Assembly (NCBI GenBank): GCA_038087875.1
Contig: CM075987.1
Coordinates: 20,708,001 to 20,772,000 of the forward strand
Origin: Malacoraja senta
Lineage: Eukaryota
Direction of reading: 5' to 3'
DNA length: 64,000 nucleotides
Every line of letters starts with the position of its first letter. Positions within the stretch are counted from its first letter, which is position 1. The notes below the pieces were generated by a model. The model made no database searches. It was not told the DNA's origin and saw only the letters and a program-made list of their open reading frames with translations. A program made the translations under genes and the position numbers. Shown here piece after piece: positions 38,301-51,968 of this stretch.

Positions 38301-41300
38301 TTAGAGGCCTCCCAGGTGTCCTGCCAGTATTCATTTTTGATTAGCATTACGAAAACAGGTTGCTCAGTTGGAACTCTTTGGCTATTTGTGGCACTTTGCT
38401 GTATTCAATGTACGAGTCGCCTATCCTACTAAACAATAACACCAAAAAGCTGTATTGGAATTGTGCAGGTCTTTTAACATTCTGACAGGTGGGGTAATAA
38501 AGCCGAACAAATATTATGGCATCAAGATCATAAAATGGTCAAAGTAACTCAGTTAAAATTCAAAGAAAGAAAGAAGCACGAGGTGGAATTAGCCTTTTGC
38601 AGATCAGGAATTTAATGCTTTAAATCAGGAAAATGAACAAAGTTCCCATACAAAATCGGAGACTATGAGAATAATGTAATGCATGCTTAAAATGGAAAGG
38701 AATAAGGAATTAATTAAAACAAATAAAAACTTACTGATGCAATTTTTGCCCAAATAGGTTCTGCAACAAACTTAATAACCTGCCTGGAAGGTTTCTCATC
38801 TTCCGAATCATATTCGCCCTCCATGCCTTATCACAGTGCAGTTTAGGTCGGCACATTCTGAAGAAACCGTGTGCATTGGCAAAGGGTATAATGATGTCCC
38901 AGATAGGTACTGCTGCATATGGCTCCTGTGCTCATGTCACAAAGCCCCATGTCCTGTACCATTGTGCGAGTTCATTTGTCACAGTTAACTAGGACAAATT
39001 ACTTAGTGCTACCTCGTTCCCTCCCTCAGGACATACACCCATACTGTGCAGCATTTAGAAGCAGCAGAGAGTGGCAGGGCAAAGAATGCACCAAATGGGG
39101 AGAACATCAGGAACAGTGGGTTTGCGGGGGCATTATTGACCAAGCTGCCATAGTCCTGAAGGATGTAGCTACTAGACTTGATCTGTGACAAATGGTGGGT
39201 GGAGAAGACATTAGAAAAGACAATTGTCTTCTTCCTCATAATCTATCAACTAAATGAAGCCACTTTCATCATGTCCTCAGCGGCCGCTCCAGACACTTCC
39301 AAGCCGCTGAGGACTTTCCACCCGATGCCGGTGTTCCAGCTTCCCGGCAGGTGGGCCTATAACATCGGGCTGCCGTTGCGGCGATTGGCTGCGGAGGCCT
39401 CAAACTGGCCCCGACCTCAGGTGGACTAGGAGGACTGGACATTTTGGTGCCTTTCCCTCACAGTGGAGAGTGTCGACTCTGCTGTGGGGGGATGTTCGTG
39501 TTGAATCTCTAATAGTGTGTCGTGTCTTTTTTTTCTACCTCTTTTTTTTTTTCATTTACATGGATAATTTTCTCTGTAAAGCACTTTGGCTTCAGTGATT
39601 GAAATTGATTGAAAAGTGCTATATAAATAAATTTACTTTACTTTACTTTGTCAATTAAGGAAGATGCAGAAAAAGCTGTTGAAACTTAGGCACTTGGCAC
39701 AAAATTGTATTTCACCAGAGTATAATTTCATGACTCAGAAAATTCATGGGGGCAGATCATCTTCCCAATTCAGCAAGCAGTGTCGAATGGCACAAGGAAC
39801 ATTATTAATACTAAAGAAAACTTAATTAAGTTTGAACACTGCTAAGCAGTGAAGGAGGATCTTGTGGATATACTTATGCCATCTTACCATCATCATTTCA
39901 GATCAAAGTTCTGTAATCTAACCACATCCAACTAGTCATTTTCTCAATGGGATGCACAATCCCTTACGCCACTATCCCACATCAGGAGGGTGTGAGAGAT
40001 TTCCACTTCTTTGACCGACCTCACAAATTTCCCTCCAACACACTAATTCACCTGCCGAAATAAGAGAGTTCGGTATTTCGAAAGATGCAAAGAATCATGG
40101 GATTTGTGAAAGGTCACTCTTGATAAAGGAAAAAAGGAAAAGAGAACAAAGCGCTGATGATATAAACTCTCTCTCCCCCTTTTCTTTCCCTCCCCCCCCC
40201 CCCCCCCCTGCCTCAGGTTCTTATTAAATCTTTCCCCTCTCACCTAAGCCCCCTAGTTTTTTTTGGTCCCAGAATATGGTCCCAGACAACTTTCCTTCCT
40301 CCCTTCAACCCACCTGTTCCCGTATCCACCCTCCTTGCGTCCTCCGATGACTTACCTTTACCCAGTTAGATTAATTTTTGTTTAGGGACACAGCATGGAA
40401 ACGGTCCCTTCGGCCAACCAAGTCCACGCCGATCACCCGTTAGCACTTGTTCTACATTATCTCACTTTCTCATCCACTCGCTACACACTCGGGGCAATTT
40501 TCAGAGGCCAATTAATCTACGAACCCGCACATCTTTGGAATGTGGAGGAAACTAACGTTATATTGCACAGGGAGAAAATGCAAACTCCACAGTGACCCAG
40601 GTCAGGGTCGAACCCGGGGCTTAGAATTGGCCAGACTTTCCCCACTACGTCCACATAAGCTCACCAAATACACCACCACCAATTGGCACATTTCACAGTA
40701 ACATCATCAACATCTGCATTACAGGGCATTTGATGTGTTGTAATATCTTGGTTCTGGTTTGTACCCTAAGGCCTTTCTCTTCCTGGGAATAATCTCCACC
40801 ATCTGACATGTCATCAGCTCCGCCCAAACTCTGATATCAACTCCGCAAAATTGGCCCTCTCACACACGTTGTTGTCATGTGCAGTTTGTACACATTACAT
40901 TGTCACTGCTGAGATTTCTGCATGGACCAGTGAAGAAGGGAGAAGTAGTGTCACTAACTCCAGTAGCAATTCAACAGCACTTGCAGCGCCGGAGACCCGG
41001 GTTCGAACCTGACTATGGATGAAACGTAGGTCTGTATACTCGCAGCAGCACAGCTGCCGAGAATGTTCATCTCGAGTGACCTATGACCTGGGCTGCGCAG
41101 TTGAAACACTAAACTCGCTTATTGTCTTCACAGTAAATAACATCTCCTTCAACTCCACATCATTCTCCAGATCAAAGGAGATTTGTGGGATACAGGAAGG
41201 AGTCTCTGTTTCAATCCTACATGGGTCGCTCAGTCACTTTTTCCAGCCCCATGCTTCACACTTTTTACCTCTTCCTCCTCCTATTGTCCTATGTTCTTAA

Positions 41301-41539
41301 AATAGATTTTTTCCAATTGTGCTTACTGATCTATACCAGTGTATCAGTTTTAATTTTTCAGACACTAGAGGCCTTAGTCTTCAAGTCCATGCCAACCATC
41401 ACATTTGGGGCAGGGCAGCTGCTCATTCAAAGTCAATGGATCACAGGTTCAATCTGCTCTTCATGTTGAACAATACAACGATGCACAAAACTGTACATGT
41501 ATAACTAGGTCTTGAAAGTTATAGGTTGAGGAAAAATAG

Positions 41540-42130
41540 AGTCACAGATTGATGGAGTGATACAGTGTGGAAACAGGCCTTTCGGCCCAACATGCCAACA
41601 CTGGCCAATATATCCCAACTATACTAGTCCCACCTGCCTGCGCTTGGTCCATATACCTCCAAACATGTCCTACCCATGAACCTGTCTAACTGTTTCTTAA
41701 ATGTTGGGATAGTCCCAGCTTCAACTACCTACTCTGGCAGCTTGCTTCATACACCCACCACCCTTTGTGTGAAAAAGTTACCTCTCGGGTTCCTATTAAA
41801 TCTTTTCCCCTTCAGCTTGAACCTATGTCCTCTGGTCCTTGATTCGCCTACTCTGGGCAAGATATTCTGTGCATCTACCCGATTTATTCCTCTCATGATT
41901 TTATACACCTCTATAAGATCACCCCTCATCCTCCTGCGCTCCATGGAATAGAGACCCAGCCTACTCAACCTCTCCCAATAGCTCAGATTCTCTAGTCCTG
42001 GCAACATCCTCGTAAATGTTCTCTGAACCCTTTCAAGCTGGACAATATCTTTCCTCTAATATGGTGCCCAGAATTGAACACAATACTCTCAATGCAGTCC
42101 CACCAAAGTCTTATACAACTGCAACATGCA
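41540..42130 (-). mobile_element. CR1/HER1 LINE 3' end
   Basis: ORF 41747..42007: LSYWERLSRLGLYSMERRRMRGDLIEVYKIMRGINRV. Confidence 0.92.
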
Positions 42131-42784
42131 GCATTACAAAGTGCAGAATGGCTATTATGGATTTGATACCAAGAATACTGCACCGTAGGATGAATGCTAT
42201 GATCGCTGTTGCAGGGGAGCAAATTCCATAATGAATAGCGCTGTAGCCAGAAGTGAGATGCTCAAGCATTTTATTTGCAATTCAAGGTTATTTTGGCGCT
42301 ATCCAATGACAAATCACTGACCTGAAAATAGTAACTATTTCTCACATCACCACTGGTGCACTTCCATCACTTTGTTCAATTCATGAAACATTACTACTTT
42401 ACATTCAATTGTTCCCTTAATTGGGGTAATTAAACACTACAATAAAATGTTTAACATTGATGGACACTGCCAACCGAACTATGGGAACAACTGCACATAG
42501 ATGCCTAAAACAATCAAACAAACAAACAATGCTTTTGCAACCGTCAGCCACAAAAGCAAGGGTATGATATATCTTGGGCTTCTCCTAACTCCTTGTCATC
42601 ATTGAATTGAAGTCTTCAGCCAATTTAATTTATTCAATTTGTTTAAGAACAAAAATATAAGCAGCAGTTTTATAGAGATTTGTCCAGGTATTTCCAGTCC
42701 AATCGGGTCAATTCATGAGAAAGTCTCTGACATTCGACCCAGTACAAAGACAATTGTGGTTGTTGGCCTGAGGATACTACTCCA

Positions 42785-45550
42785 GAAACATAGAAACATA
42801 GAAAATAGGTGCAGGAGTAGGCCATTCGGCCCTTCGAGCCTGCACCGCCATTCAATATGATCATGGCTGATCATCCAACTCAGTATCCCGTACCTGCTTT
42901 CTCTCCATACCCCCTGATCCCTTTAGCCACAAGGGACACATCTAACTCCCTCTTAAATATAGCCAATGAACAGGCCCTCCACTACATTCTGTGGCAGAGA
43001 ATTCCAGAGATTCACCACTCTCTGTGTAAAAAATGTTTTTCTCATCTCAGTCCTAAAAGATTTCCCCTTTATCCTTAAACTGTGACCCCTTGTTCTGGAC
43101 TCCCTCAACATCGGGAACAATCTTCCTACATTTAGCGTGTCCAACCCCTTGAGAATTTTGTAAGTTTCTATAAGATCCCCCCCTCAGTCTTCTAAATTCC
43201 AGCGAGTACAAGCCAAGTCTATCCAGTCTTTCTTCATATGAAAGTCCTGACATCCCAGGAATCAGTCTGGTGAACCTTCTCTGTACTCCCTCTATGGCAA
43301 GAATGTCCTTCTTCAGATTAGGAGAACAAAACTGTACGCAATACTCCAGGTGTGGTCTCACCAAGACCCTGTACAACTGCAGTAGAACCTCCCTGCTCCT
43401 ATACTCAAATCCTTTTGCTATGAATGCCAACATACCATTCGCTTTCTTCACAGCCTGCTGCACCTGCATGCCCACTTTCAATGACTGGTGTACCATGACA
43501 CCCAGGTCTCGTTGCATCTCCCCTTTTCCTAATCGGTCACCATTCAGGTAATAGTCTACTTTCCTGTTTTTGCCACCAAAGTGGATAACCTCACATTTAT
43601 CCACATTATACTGCATCTGCCATGCATTTGCCCACTCACCCAGCCTATCCAAGTCATCTTTCAGCCCTCCTAGCACCCTCCTCACAGCTAACACTGCCCC
43701 CCAGCTTCGTGTCATCCGCAAACTGGAGATGTTGCATTCAATTCCCTCGTCCAGATCATTAATATATATTGTAAATAGCTGAGGTCCCAGCACTGAGCCT
43801 TGCGGGTACCCCACTAGTCACTGCCTGCCATTCTGAAAAGGACCCGTTTACTCCTACTCTTTGCTTCCTGTCTGCCAGCCAGTTCTCTATCCACATCAAT
43901 ACTGAACCCCCAATACCGTGTGCTTTAAGTTTGTATATTAATCTCTTATGTGGGACCTTGTCGAAAGCCTTCTGAAAGTCCAGATATAACACATCCACTG
44001 GTTCTCCCTTATCCACTCTACTAGTTACATCCTCGAAAAATTCTATAAGATTCGTCAGACATGATTTACCTTTCATAAATCCATGCTGACTTTGTCCAAT
44101 GATTTCACTATTTTCCAAATGTGTTGCTATCCCGTCTTTAATAACTGACTCTAGCAGTTTCCCCACTACGATGTTAGACTAACTGGTCTGTAATTCCCCG
44201 TTTTCTCTCTCCCTCCATCCCTTTTAAAAAAGTGGGGTTACATTAGCTACCTCCAATCATCAGGAACTACTCCAGAATCTAAAGAGTTTTGAAAAATTAT
44301 CACTAATGCATCCACTATTTCTGGGGCTACTTCCTTAAGTACTCTGGGATGCAGCCTATCTGGCCCTGGGGATTTATCGGCCTTTAATCCATTCAATTTA
44401 CCTAACACCACTTCCCGGCTAACCTGGATTTCACTCAGTTCCTCCATCTCATTTGACCCCCCGGTCCCCCTGCTATTTCCGGCAGATTAATTAAGTCTTC
44501 CTTAGTGAAGACAGAACCAAAGTAGTTATTCAATTGGTCTGCCATGTCCTTGTTCCCCATGATCAGTTCACCTGTTTCTAACTGCAAGGACCTACATTTG
44601 TTTTAACTAATCTTTTTCTCTTGACATATCTATAAAAACTTTTGCAGTCAGTTTTTATGTTCCCTGCCAGTTTTCTTTCATAATCTATTTTCCCTTTCCT
44701 AATTCAACCCTTTGTCCTCCTCTGCTGGACTCTGAATTTCTCCCAGTCCTCTGTTAGGCTGCTTTTTCTGGCTAATTTGTATGCTTCATCTTTTGTTTTG
44801 ATACTATCCCTGATTTCCCTTGTTATCCACGGATGCACTACCTTCCCTGATTTATTCTTTTGCCAAACTGGGATGAACAATTGTTGTAGTTCATCCATGC
44901 AGCCTTTAAATGCCTTCCATTGCATATCCACCGTCAACCCTTTAAGAATCAATTGCCAGTCTATCTTGGCCAATTCACGTCTCATTCCCTCAAAGTTACC
45001 TTTCTTTAAGTTCAGAACCCTTGTTTCTGAATTAATTATGTCACTCTCCATCCTAATGAAGAACTCAACCATATTATGGTCACTCTTGCCCAAGGGGCCA
45101 CGCACAACAAGCCTGCTAACTAACCCTTCCTCATTACTCAATACCCAGTCTAGAATAGCCTGCTCTCTCGTTGGTTCCTCTACATGTTGATTTAGAAAAC
45201 TATCCCGCATACATTCCAAGAAATCCTCTTCCTCAGCACCCCTGCCAATTTGATTCACCCAATCTATATGTAGATTGAAGTCACCCATTATAACTGTTTT
45301 ACCTTTGTTGCACGCATTTCTAATTTCCTGTTTGATGCCATCCCCAACTCCACTACTACTGTTAGGTGGCCTGTACACAACTCCCACTAGCGTTTTCTGC
45401 CCCTTAGTGTTTCGCAGCTCTACCCATATCGATTCCACATCCTCCAAGCTAATGTCCTTCCTTTCTATTGCGTTAATCTCCTCTCTAACCAGCAACCCTA
45501 CCCCACCTCCTTTTCCTTTCTGTCTATCCTTCCTGAATATTGAATATCCC
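42785..45550 (-). mobile_element. Long CR1 LINE: ORF2 with APE endonuclease end and RT, frameshifted
   Basis: GVVYRPP, IMGDFN, LGKSDH (EN); KSPGPD, SQHGFMKGKSCLTNL, LDFQKAFDKVPH, PQGSVLGPQLF (RT); 8-nt (gaaacata)n tail at 42785-42800. Confidence 0.95.
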
Positions 45551-45856
45551 TCTGATATTCTGAGAAGCTCCTCTGATCAGTGTCCATGACTCAACAAACT
45601 TTAAGCTGTGTAATCATTGACTTGTCTTCCAATGCAAAGTCAGAATCATACAATGTGCCATTAAACACATCATGGTACGTCACTTAAAAATGTGCTGTAG
45701 TGGCCATTTGGCCTGTTTTGCATGTCATTGATGATGGCATGTGCCTTTAAATTTTAGACTGCCCGTTATATTGTGAGTGGGATTTATGACGTGTTTTGGG
45801 GCGTGTTTGGAGCTAAGATGCTTGCGTAGAAGTTTAGTTTGTAGTGTAGTTTGGAG

Positions 45857-46252
45857 CAAAGATCCTATAGCGAGCAAGATAGTTCACTCGATGAAAAAGA
45901 CGTAGTACGGTCATGGGCAGATTCATGGGTAATTTTCGGCCCCATTTTCTTAACCAGCTTCCATCTCCGCACCAAAGATCCCATACGATACTAGTGCAGA
46001 GACGGAAGCCGGTTACGGAAAAATCCTCGTAAAAATATAAGTTATTTGGTAAAAATCTTCTCCTCATTTTCAGAATTTTAATTTATTAACACAAACTGTT
46101 CCCCCGCAACGTTGATTACACTGTGAGTCGGGTCGGGTCAGGTTACGGAAATGGATGAAAAAAAAGGCCTACGTTCCGTTCCGTTGCGTACTATACGTCA
46201 GCCCATTACATTTAGCAGGAGTGATCTATCTTGCTCTGCTATAGGATCTTTG
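45857..46252. mobile_element. MITE with CAAAG termini and 8-bp TSD (P-superfamily-like or hAT)
   Basis: TIR CAAAGATCCTATAGC(A)GAGCAAGATAG at both ends; TSD GTTTGGAG at 45849-45856 and 46253-46260. Confidence 0.88.
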
Positions 46253-47919
46253 GTTTGGAGCGACTAGGGAGAAGGTTAACCCTTCGAGCCATGTGAGCCA
46301 TAAAGGAGATCATGCGAGGTGTAAAGGAAATCATGCGGAGTGTAATGGAGACACGAGGAGTTTTCTAACGTTTGAAGTAATAAGCTGGAGTTCGATGAAG
46401 ATTGTAGTAACGAGTCGGGAGAAATTTGGATGTATCTGTTTTCCATCAACAATAAAGCATTTATTCATCAAAAGACTGTGTTTTGAAGCCATATCTGTGA
46501 AGAAGCTCTGAAGATCTCTGTGAGCCAGCTCGCATGTGTACCGAAGATATTCCCCTTATCCATGCTCATCCATTTAGTGGCTAGAGAGTTAATTTATCGA
46601 AAGATATGAAAATCTGCCGCTACATGTGCTATCTCATCTAATATCATCTTCCAAACGTTCTGCTACTGTCGGATATGGCCCTGGATGTATGCATACCATT
46701 AAGATTCGTATTTTATGAAGGTTTCTGCACCTACCATCCTCTGAGTAAAAATATTCAACTTCCCTCCACAAATACTTTAAATCCATGCCACCAAGTTTAA
46801 AACAAAAACTATACTGCCAGGTTTTAATTTCTACCTGAGGAGAAATAGGCATTGCAGCATTTTCTGCTCCTCAGTCAAGTCTCCCTTCAGCCTCCTCTGT
46901 TGCAAAGAAAACAACTTCAACCCATACAATCTTGCCTTAAAGCTAAAACGTTTCCAGTCCTGGCAACATCCTCACAAATTTCATTAAAATTAAAATAATG
47001 CTGGAAACAGTCAGGAAAAGAAAAAAAGTTAATGTTTCAGATCGGCGACCCTTCATTGGATCTGATTTGATTGGATAGGTGTCTCAGACTTGAAACATGA
47101 ACAATTTTAGTTTGCAAACACCTGCAGTTTTTTTTAATCTTCATAAATCTCCTTTGCACTCTCTCCAGTGCTATCTCATCTTTCCAGTGATGCGGCACCA
47201 GAGCTAATGTAATACCCTGATACGGGTCTAACAAATGCTATAAAACTGTTCTAAATTCACCTATCTGCTTTTGTACCGAATACCCTTTTAAAATGACTAT
47301 TGACCTATTCTCGTCCACTCTATCTGGGCCTTTCATTATCCGGTAGGTTACAATGAGGACCACCCCCCCCCCCCCCCCATATATCTAAACTCCAGTGAGT
47401 ACAGGCCCAGAGCCATCAAAAGTTCCTCATATGTTAACCCAGTCATCCACAGGATCAGTCTCATTAACCACATCTGGACCCTCTCCAGCACATCCTACAT
47501 CATATGTGGCCTAAAACTGCTCACAAATTTGAAAAATGTGGTCCTTGCTTTTATATTCTAGTTCCCTCGAAATGAAAGCTACCATTGCATTTGCCTTCCT
47601 TACCAACAACTCAACTGTAAATTAACCATTTGGAAATACTGCGCCAGCAATTCCAAGTCCCTTTGCACCTCCAATATTGATATAGATCCGGTACAGATCA
47701 GGTGAATAGGTCAGCCTTTTTCCCCAGTGTAGGAGAGTCTAAAACTAGACACCAGAGGGCACAGGTGTAAGGCAAGAAGATAAAGACTTAAAGGGGACAA
47801 GGGGCAAGATTTTTCAGAGGGTGGTGGGTATATGGTCCATGGGTATATGGACGGGAAAGGAATGGAGGGTTATGGTCTGAGTGCAGGTAGATGGGACTAG
47901 GGGGAAGTATTTTATTTTT

Positions 47920-47960
<41 letters not shown>

Positions 47961-48521
47961 AAATGTTCGGCATGGACTTGAAGGGCCGAGATGGCCTGTT
48001 TCCGTGCTGTTATGGTTATATGGTTATATGGTTATATGGTTATATGGAACAAGCTGCCTGAGGAAGTGGTAGGTAAATTTACAATGGACAAATGCAGGCA
48101 AATGGAACTGACTATCTGAGCTAGGCAGCTGTATAACTATGATTTTATGAGTTTGTGCTGTATAACTTTATGATTTTAATAAAAAGGTAAAACCATCAGC
48201 ACAGGGATGGCTTGTCATGTCACTCTTGAGCACAAATTACCTTGACCAAATGAATATTGTGTCTGCAAGAGGAGATTAATGGCTGGCTCAAATCTAAATT
48301 GTTGAAGCTTCATTGACAAGTCTTTCAGGCATGTGATCAAATCCTCTCCACAAGGCTGACTCAATACTTGACAGGATAAAGAAACTCTTGGAGTTGGATT
48401 CACAGAGCATGGAAACAGGCCCTTAGGCCCAATTTGTTCATGCCGACCAAGATGCCCCATCTAAGGTATTTGCCCACTTTGAGCCCATATCCTTCTAAAC
48501 CTTTCCTAACCATGTATCTGT

Positions 48522-48650
48522 CTGAAGAAGGGTCTCGACCCGAAACGTCACTCTTTACTTCTCTCCAGAGATGCTGCCTGACCCACTGAGTTACTCCAGC
48601 ATTTTGCATCTACTTTTGATTTAAACCAGGATCTGCAGTTCTTTCCTACA
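48522..48650 (+). mobile_element. Short Penelope-terminal-repeat-derived element inserted in a CR1 3' end (CR1 ~48400-49050, minus strand)
   Basis: Flanked by catgtatctgtc / catgtacctgtc (12 bp, 1 mismatch); starts at CTGAAGAAGGGTCTCGACCCGAAACGTC. Confidence 0.85.
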
Positions 48651-50012
48651 CATGTACCTGTCCAAGTGTCTTTTAAATACTAGTGCAATTTAAATACTTT
48701 TAAATTAAAGTGTCTGCCTCAACTATCTCTTCTGGCAACTCATTCCATATACCTGCTGTTCTGAGTGAAAAAGTTGTCTCTCGGGTTGCCATTAAATCTT
48801 TTACCGATCACCCTAAGCATATGCCCGCTTGCTTTTAATTCACCTACGCTGGGGAATTCACTCTATCTAATCCCCTCATGATTTTATACATCTCTATGAG
48901 ATCACCCTTCAGCCTCCTGCGTACCAAGGAATAAAGTCCTAGTCTGAGTCCCTACAACTCAGTCCCTTCAATCCTGGCATCATCCTCGTAAGTTTTCTCT
49001 GCAATCTTTACAGATTAATGTCATCTTTCCTATAGCAGGGTGACCAAAACTGAAAACTTGACTTACACTTGGCTCACCTGAACTTTGCTTCCTCTGTTAT
49101 TACTGCAGCATGGATATACTGTATTTACATTTGCACACTAACAATTTGATATCACCCCTTAAGCAGAGAACCTTTACCACTTAGAAGGCAGGCAGCAGAG
49201 GTGACAACACCCCGTATCTTCCTTTATCAACAACACTTTCACAGCATGATATAAAAGGAAAAGTGACTATCCTTTGTGGCCATGCAGTGTATAAATTAGT
49301 CAAGAGGCTTTTTCCTTGCAGGAAATAATAAATTGGTGTGGACAAGCTTACGATATAGAAACAAGACAGTCATGCTGCTTCAAGTTGGTCGCTGTTCAAT
49401 CTTTGATAATCTGCATTTGAACTTAATTTCTCAATCTTGCTTCCATATCTGTTTAAAATCTGGCAACCTGTTTGGAAAATTGACCTGTAGCTTTAGCAAA
49501 AATGTTTTTGGGTAGATCATGGGAAGAAAGAATTCCATATTTCCAATCATCTTTGTGAGGTGATGAATGATAGGATACATGAATGCAATATTTCATTTGG
49601 CCGAAAAAGAACAAAACCAAAATTGCCGCTTGTGTTAAACACCAAACAATAAAACACAGAAACAGATAATTCAGCCAGCAAAGTCTACGCTGACCATGAT
49701 GCCAATCTAACACTCACATCTACCTCCATCTGTATCCCACTATTTCCTGCTCAGTTAAATGTCTTTCTAATTGTACCTTAGATACTATACTATTGTATCT
49801 GCACCCATCACCTTTCCTGACAACGTGTTGAGGCACATAACCCCGAATTCACATCTCTTTTAGACTTCTTCCCCCCCCCTCACCTTATATTTATGCCCTC
49901 CAGCGTTTCACATTTGCATCCTCAAAAAAGGTTTGGACTGATTACTCTATCCATGCCTCTCATAATTCTACATCAATGATTATATTGATGTTAAAACAAA
50001 TTTATTTCTTAC

Positions 50013-51968
50013 CCGAAGGCTGAAAGCTGAAGCCAGATGCAACATTTGGCCTTGTGGTGGATCCAAAACTCGGAGTTGCAACAAAATTAGAGCTATGTCC
50101 AAATGAAGGTGCACTTGATTGCCCAAACATTGCTCCACTGCTATTAGTCTGCTGTCCAAATGTAAAGGAGTTGGCGTTTGCAGGACTACTGAAGGGACTG
50201 CCACTTAACACAGGTTGTGCTGTAGCAGTGGGCTCACCAAAGCGTGGTTGACTTCCAAATGGTTCACTGCCAAAGCTGAACCCTTCATTAGTGGAACTAG
50301 CAGGTTGTTCTGCGTCCATACCACCAGTTTGGTCAAAGGTTGGCTTTCCAATAATGCTTGTCGAGCTTCCTCTGAAAGGAGTGGAGATGCTATCACTTTT
50401 GCTTGGTGAATGCACCACGATAGATAAAGATGCTGATGAAGTCAGTTGCCCAAACGTTGCATCCTTATTTTCAACCTGGGACAATGAGGATATGGGTGCG
50501 CTGGAGCTGATATGTGGAGATATCAATAGCGCTGCCAAGCTGCCATGGGAAGGCTCGAACGGTGCTGATGTGGCAACACTGATCCCCGACATAGTGGTAA
50601 ATTGAGGAGAAACAGTAGAGTCTGCCAGAGGTAAAAACTGGCTGGATTCTTGTGCAATGCTTCCTTCATCTGGTGCACCTGAAGAGACTATAATTGAAGT
50701 GGTAGTGGAAAGAGTTACATGTTCAGGTTGTATCACAGTACTTGGCGGTGTACTTTCCATTTCTGTGTTAATTGGTGTGCCTGCTGATGTCAATGAACCA
50801 CTCTTTGTTTCCATTAATGATTTCACAGAAGTGGTGAGATTACTACTGCTGGTTTCTTTCTTCTCTTCGGGAGTTGGCTGCTTTGAAGTGTCAGCAACAG
50901 TTTCAGTGTCGATAGTTAAGGAGCCCAATGATCCTATGATGGAACTTTGGGAAGAACCTGCTGGGGTAACAGAAGCGGCACTCTGTCCAGAAGCTGCACT
51001 CCGCACCTCACTACCGGGTGTAGAAATGGACTTACTAGATGCTAACGGCAAACTGCCATGTAAACTGGACGACTCGGCCCCGATCATAGGAACGGAGGAA
51101 ATCAATGGATCAGATTGCTTGGAAGCACTGGCGTCAACTGGCACGGCTGTTGTTACTTCAGTGGAGTCCGATTTTGCCAATGGAAAAGCAGTCCCAAAGG
51201 GCACGGTAGCCGGAGTTGTCGCTGCCGTTTTAGGTGCTTGTGCAAAGGGGTAACTCCCCTGCAGAGGTTTATCCAATTTGGTGGCATCATCGGTCTGATT
51301 GACCACTAGACCAGAGAAACTGCCGATGGTGACCCCACCAGTGCTACCCTGAGAGAACATGCTTTCAGACTTGGGTAGCTCAGGCTTGGGTTGCGGAGCC
51401 ACCTCGGGCTTGGATGGCGGCTGATGAGGCAGGGCTACCTCTGGTTTGGCGGGCGGCTGCTGCAGTGGTGCCGGCTCGGGCTTGGACGGCATTTGCTGCT
51501 GCACAACCTCGGGCTTGTACGGCTGAGGTTGCTGGAGCTGTACCTCTGGCTTGGGTGGCGGCTGCTGCTGCAGTGGTGGTTCAGGCTTAGGTGGTAGCTG
51601 CTGCTCCGCTTCAGGCTTGGATGGTGGCATCTCAGACTTGGGGGCCGGCTGCTGAACTTTAGGTGCCTGAAACTCTAAGATGGATGATCGAGACCCAGAT
51701 TTGGAAGGCTGGAGCTCAGTTTTTGGCTGCTGCACCTCAGTTTGGTCTGCTAACCCAGAAGCAGCAGGCTCCAGGGGTGTTCCAGTTAAACACAGGTCGT
51801 CTATTACCCGATCTGAACCCATACAGACACTACTGCTAGATGTAGAGGACCCAGATGCAATTGTTGAGCTAAGGGTGGATTTTGTGCTCCCAAAGGAAAA
51901 GGGAACGTCAGCATCCAATGCAAAAGCAGGTTTGGTTCCACCAAAGTCTTTTGTGCTTCCGGTTGTTC
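50013..51968 (-). CDS. NUP214: NUP214 large exon (1956 nt): S/T/P-rich, PxKPE repeats, IGSFSGL motif, first FG repeats
   Basis: Lies within the 685-aa ORF 50002..52059; acceptor ctttctgttctgtag, donor gtaaga; length divisible by 3; GSFSGLVVNQTDDATK resembles human GSFSGLRVGQADDSTK. Confidence 0.95.

Noticed and set aside
40975-41015. tRNA gene (B-box-like gggttcgaacctg)
   Set aside because: No cloverleaf; it is the tRNA-derived head of a SINE
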